A stretch of 64,000 nt of DNA from a virus. Positions 63,524 to 64,000 of the stretch are shown here, piece by piece. Below the pieces are notes generated by a model. That model worked only from the letters and a program-made list of their open reading frames with translations, made no database searches and was not told the origin of the DNA. The first letter of the stretch is position 1. Each line of letters begins with the position of its first letter. Made by a program: the position numbers and the translations under genes. The stretch is taken from positions 64,001-128,000 of the IMG/VR virus record IMGVR_UViG_3300002092_001548, one strand, 5' to 3'.

Positions 63524-64000
63524 ATGCACAATGCCTTTTTAATAGCTGATCCTCATTTTTCGCATGAGGGTGTTTGTAAGTTCCTAAGAGATGACGGAAC
63601 GAAGCTACGCCCGTGGGATAATGCCGCCGAAATGGACGAGATCATGATTGAGAACTGGAACAAGGCTGTAAGGCCTGTTGATAAGGTTTATGTTTGCGGC
63701 GACGTAGTAATGAAGGCGAAGAAGCAAATTCCAATTTTGAATAGACTTAATGGAAAAAAGGTTCTAATCAAAGGAAACCATGACATAGGTGAGCTAAAAG
63801 TTTATCTTCCCTATTTCTACGATATCCGGGCCTTTCATATTCTTGATAACTTTTGTATTACTCATATTCCTATTCATCCAGATTGTTTGGGTAGGTTCAA
63901 GGGCAATATTCATGGACACATTCATCAGAGGACTATTATGATGGAGCATGCTGGCTTTAGAGTACCTGACCCTAGATACTTCTGTATTTCTGCCGAGCAG
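63524..64000 (+). CDS. Metallophosphoesterase, truncated by the window end
   Basis: IADPHFSH, NWN..V...DKVYVCGD, IKGNHD, THIP, NIHGHIH. Confidence 0.9.
   Translation, partial: MHNAFLIADPHFSHEGVCKFLRDDGTKLRPWDNAAEMDEIMIENWNKAVRPVDKVYVCGDVVMKAKKQIPILNRLNGKKVLIKGNHDIGELKVYLPYFYDIRAFHILDNFCITHIPIHPDCLGRFKGNIHGHIHQRTIMMEHAGFRVPDPRYFCISAEQ

Noticed and set aside
1-64000. Stop-codon reassignment
   Set aside because: Conserved genes (nrdA/B, recA, dnaB, dnaE, gmd) are full length in the standard code, and TAA, TAG and TGA all end genes at expected positions

Overview
This 64-kb window looks like part of an AT-rich, large tailed-phage genome in the standard genetic code. No rRNA, CRISPR array, integrase or reverse transcriptase is visible. 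From left to right it carries: (1) Ser/Thr/Gly-rich and Cys-rich virion/tail genes (1-7.2 kb); (2) ssDNA-handling genes, glycosyltransferases and a sigma-70-family factor around a structured divergent intergenic region (7.2-15 kb); (3) a class Id-type ribonucleotide reductase; (4) a large sugar-synthesis, glycosyltransferase and methyltransferase cluster containing recA (18.7-30.4 kb); (5) a replication module with dNMP kinase, DnaB, DnaG, dCMP deaminase, a PD-(D/E)xK nuclease, a ClpP-like protein and a Pol III alpha encoded as three ORFs (30.4-39.8 kb); (6) three modular proteins that may be head-internal; (7) a VWA-peptidase/MoxR pair split by a LAGLIDADG endonuclease, then MazG-like, ThyX, HNH and a T4 beta-glucosyltransferase-like gene; (8) a minus-strand tail-fibre/LamG cassette (53.9-59.2 kb); (9) four tRNAs among small accessory genes. 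The strongest leads are a possible virion O-glycosylation system acting on S/T-G motifs, a BGT-like DNA glycosyltransferase, a shared leader domain plus 'KASE' junctions in modular proteins, a cluster of GA-sheared ssDNA hairpins at a strand switch, and two promoter classes (leaderless sigma-70 type and GTGTAA type). Family assignments are from motif recognition only; no database searches were run.
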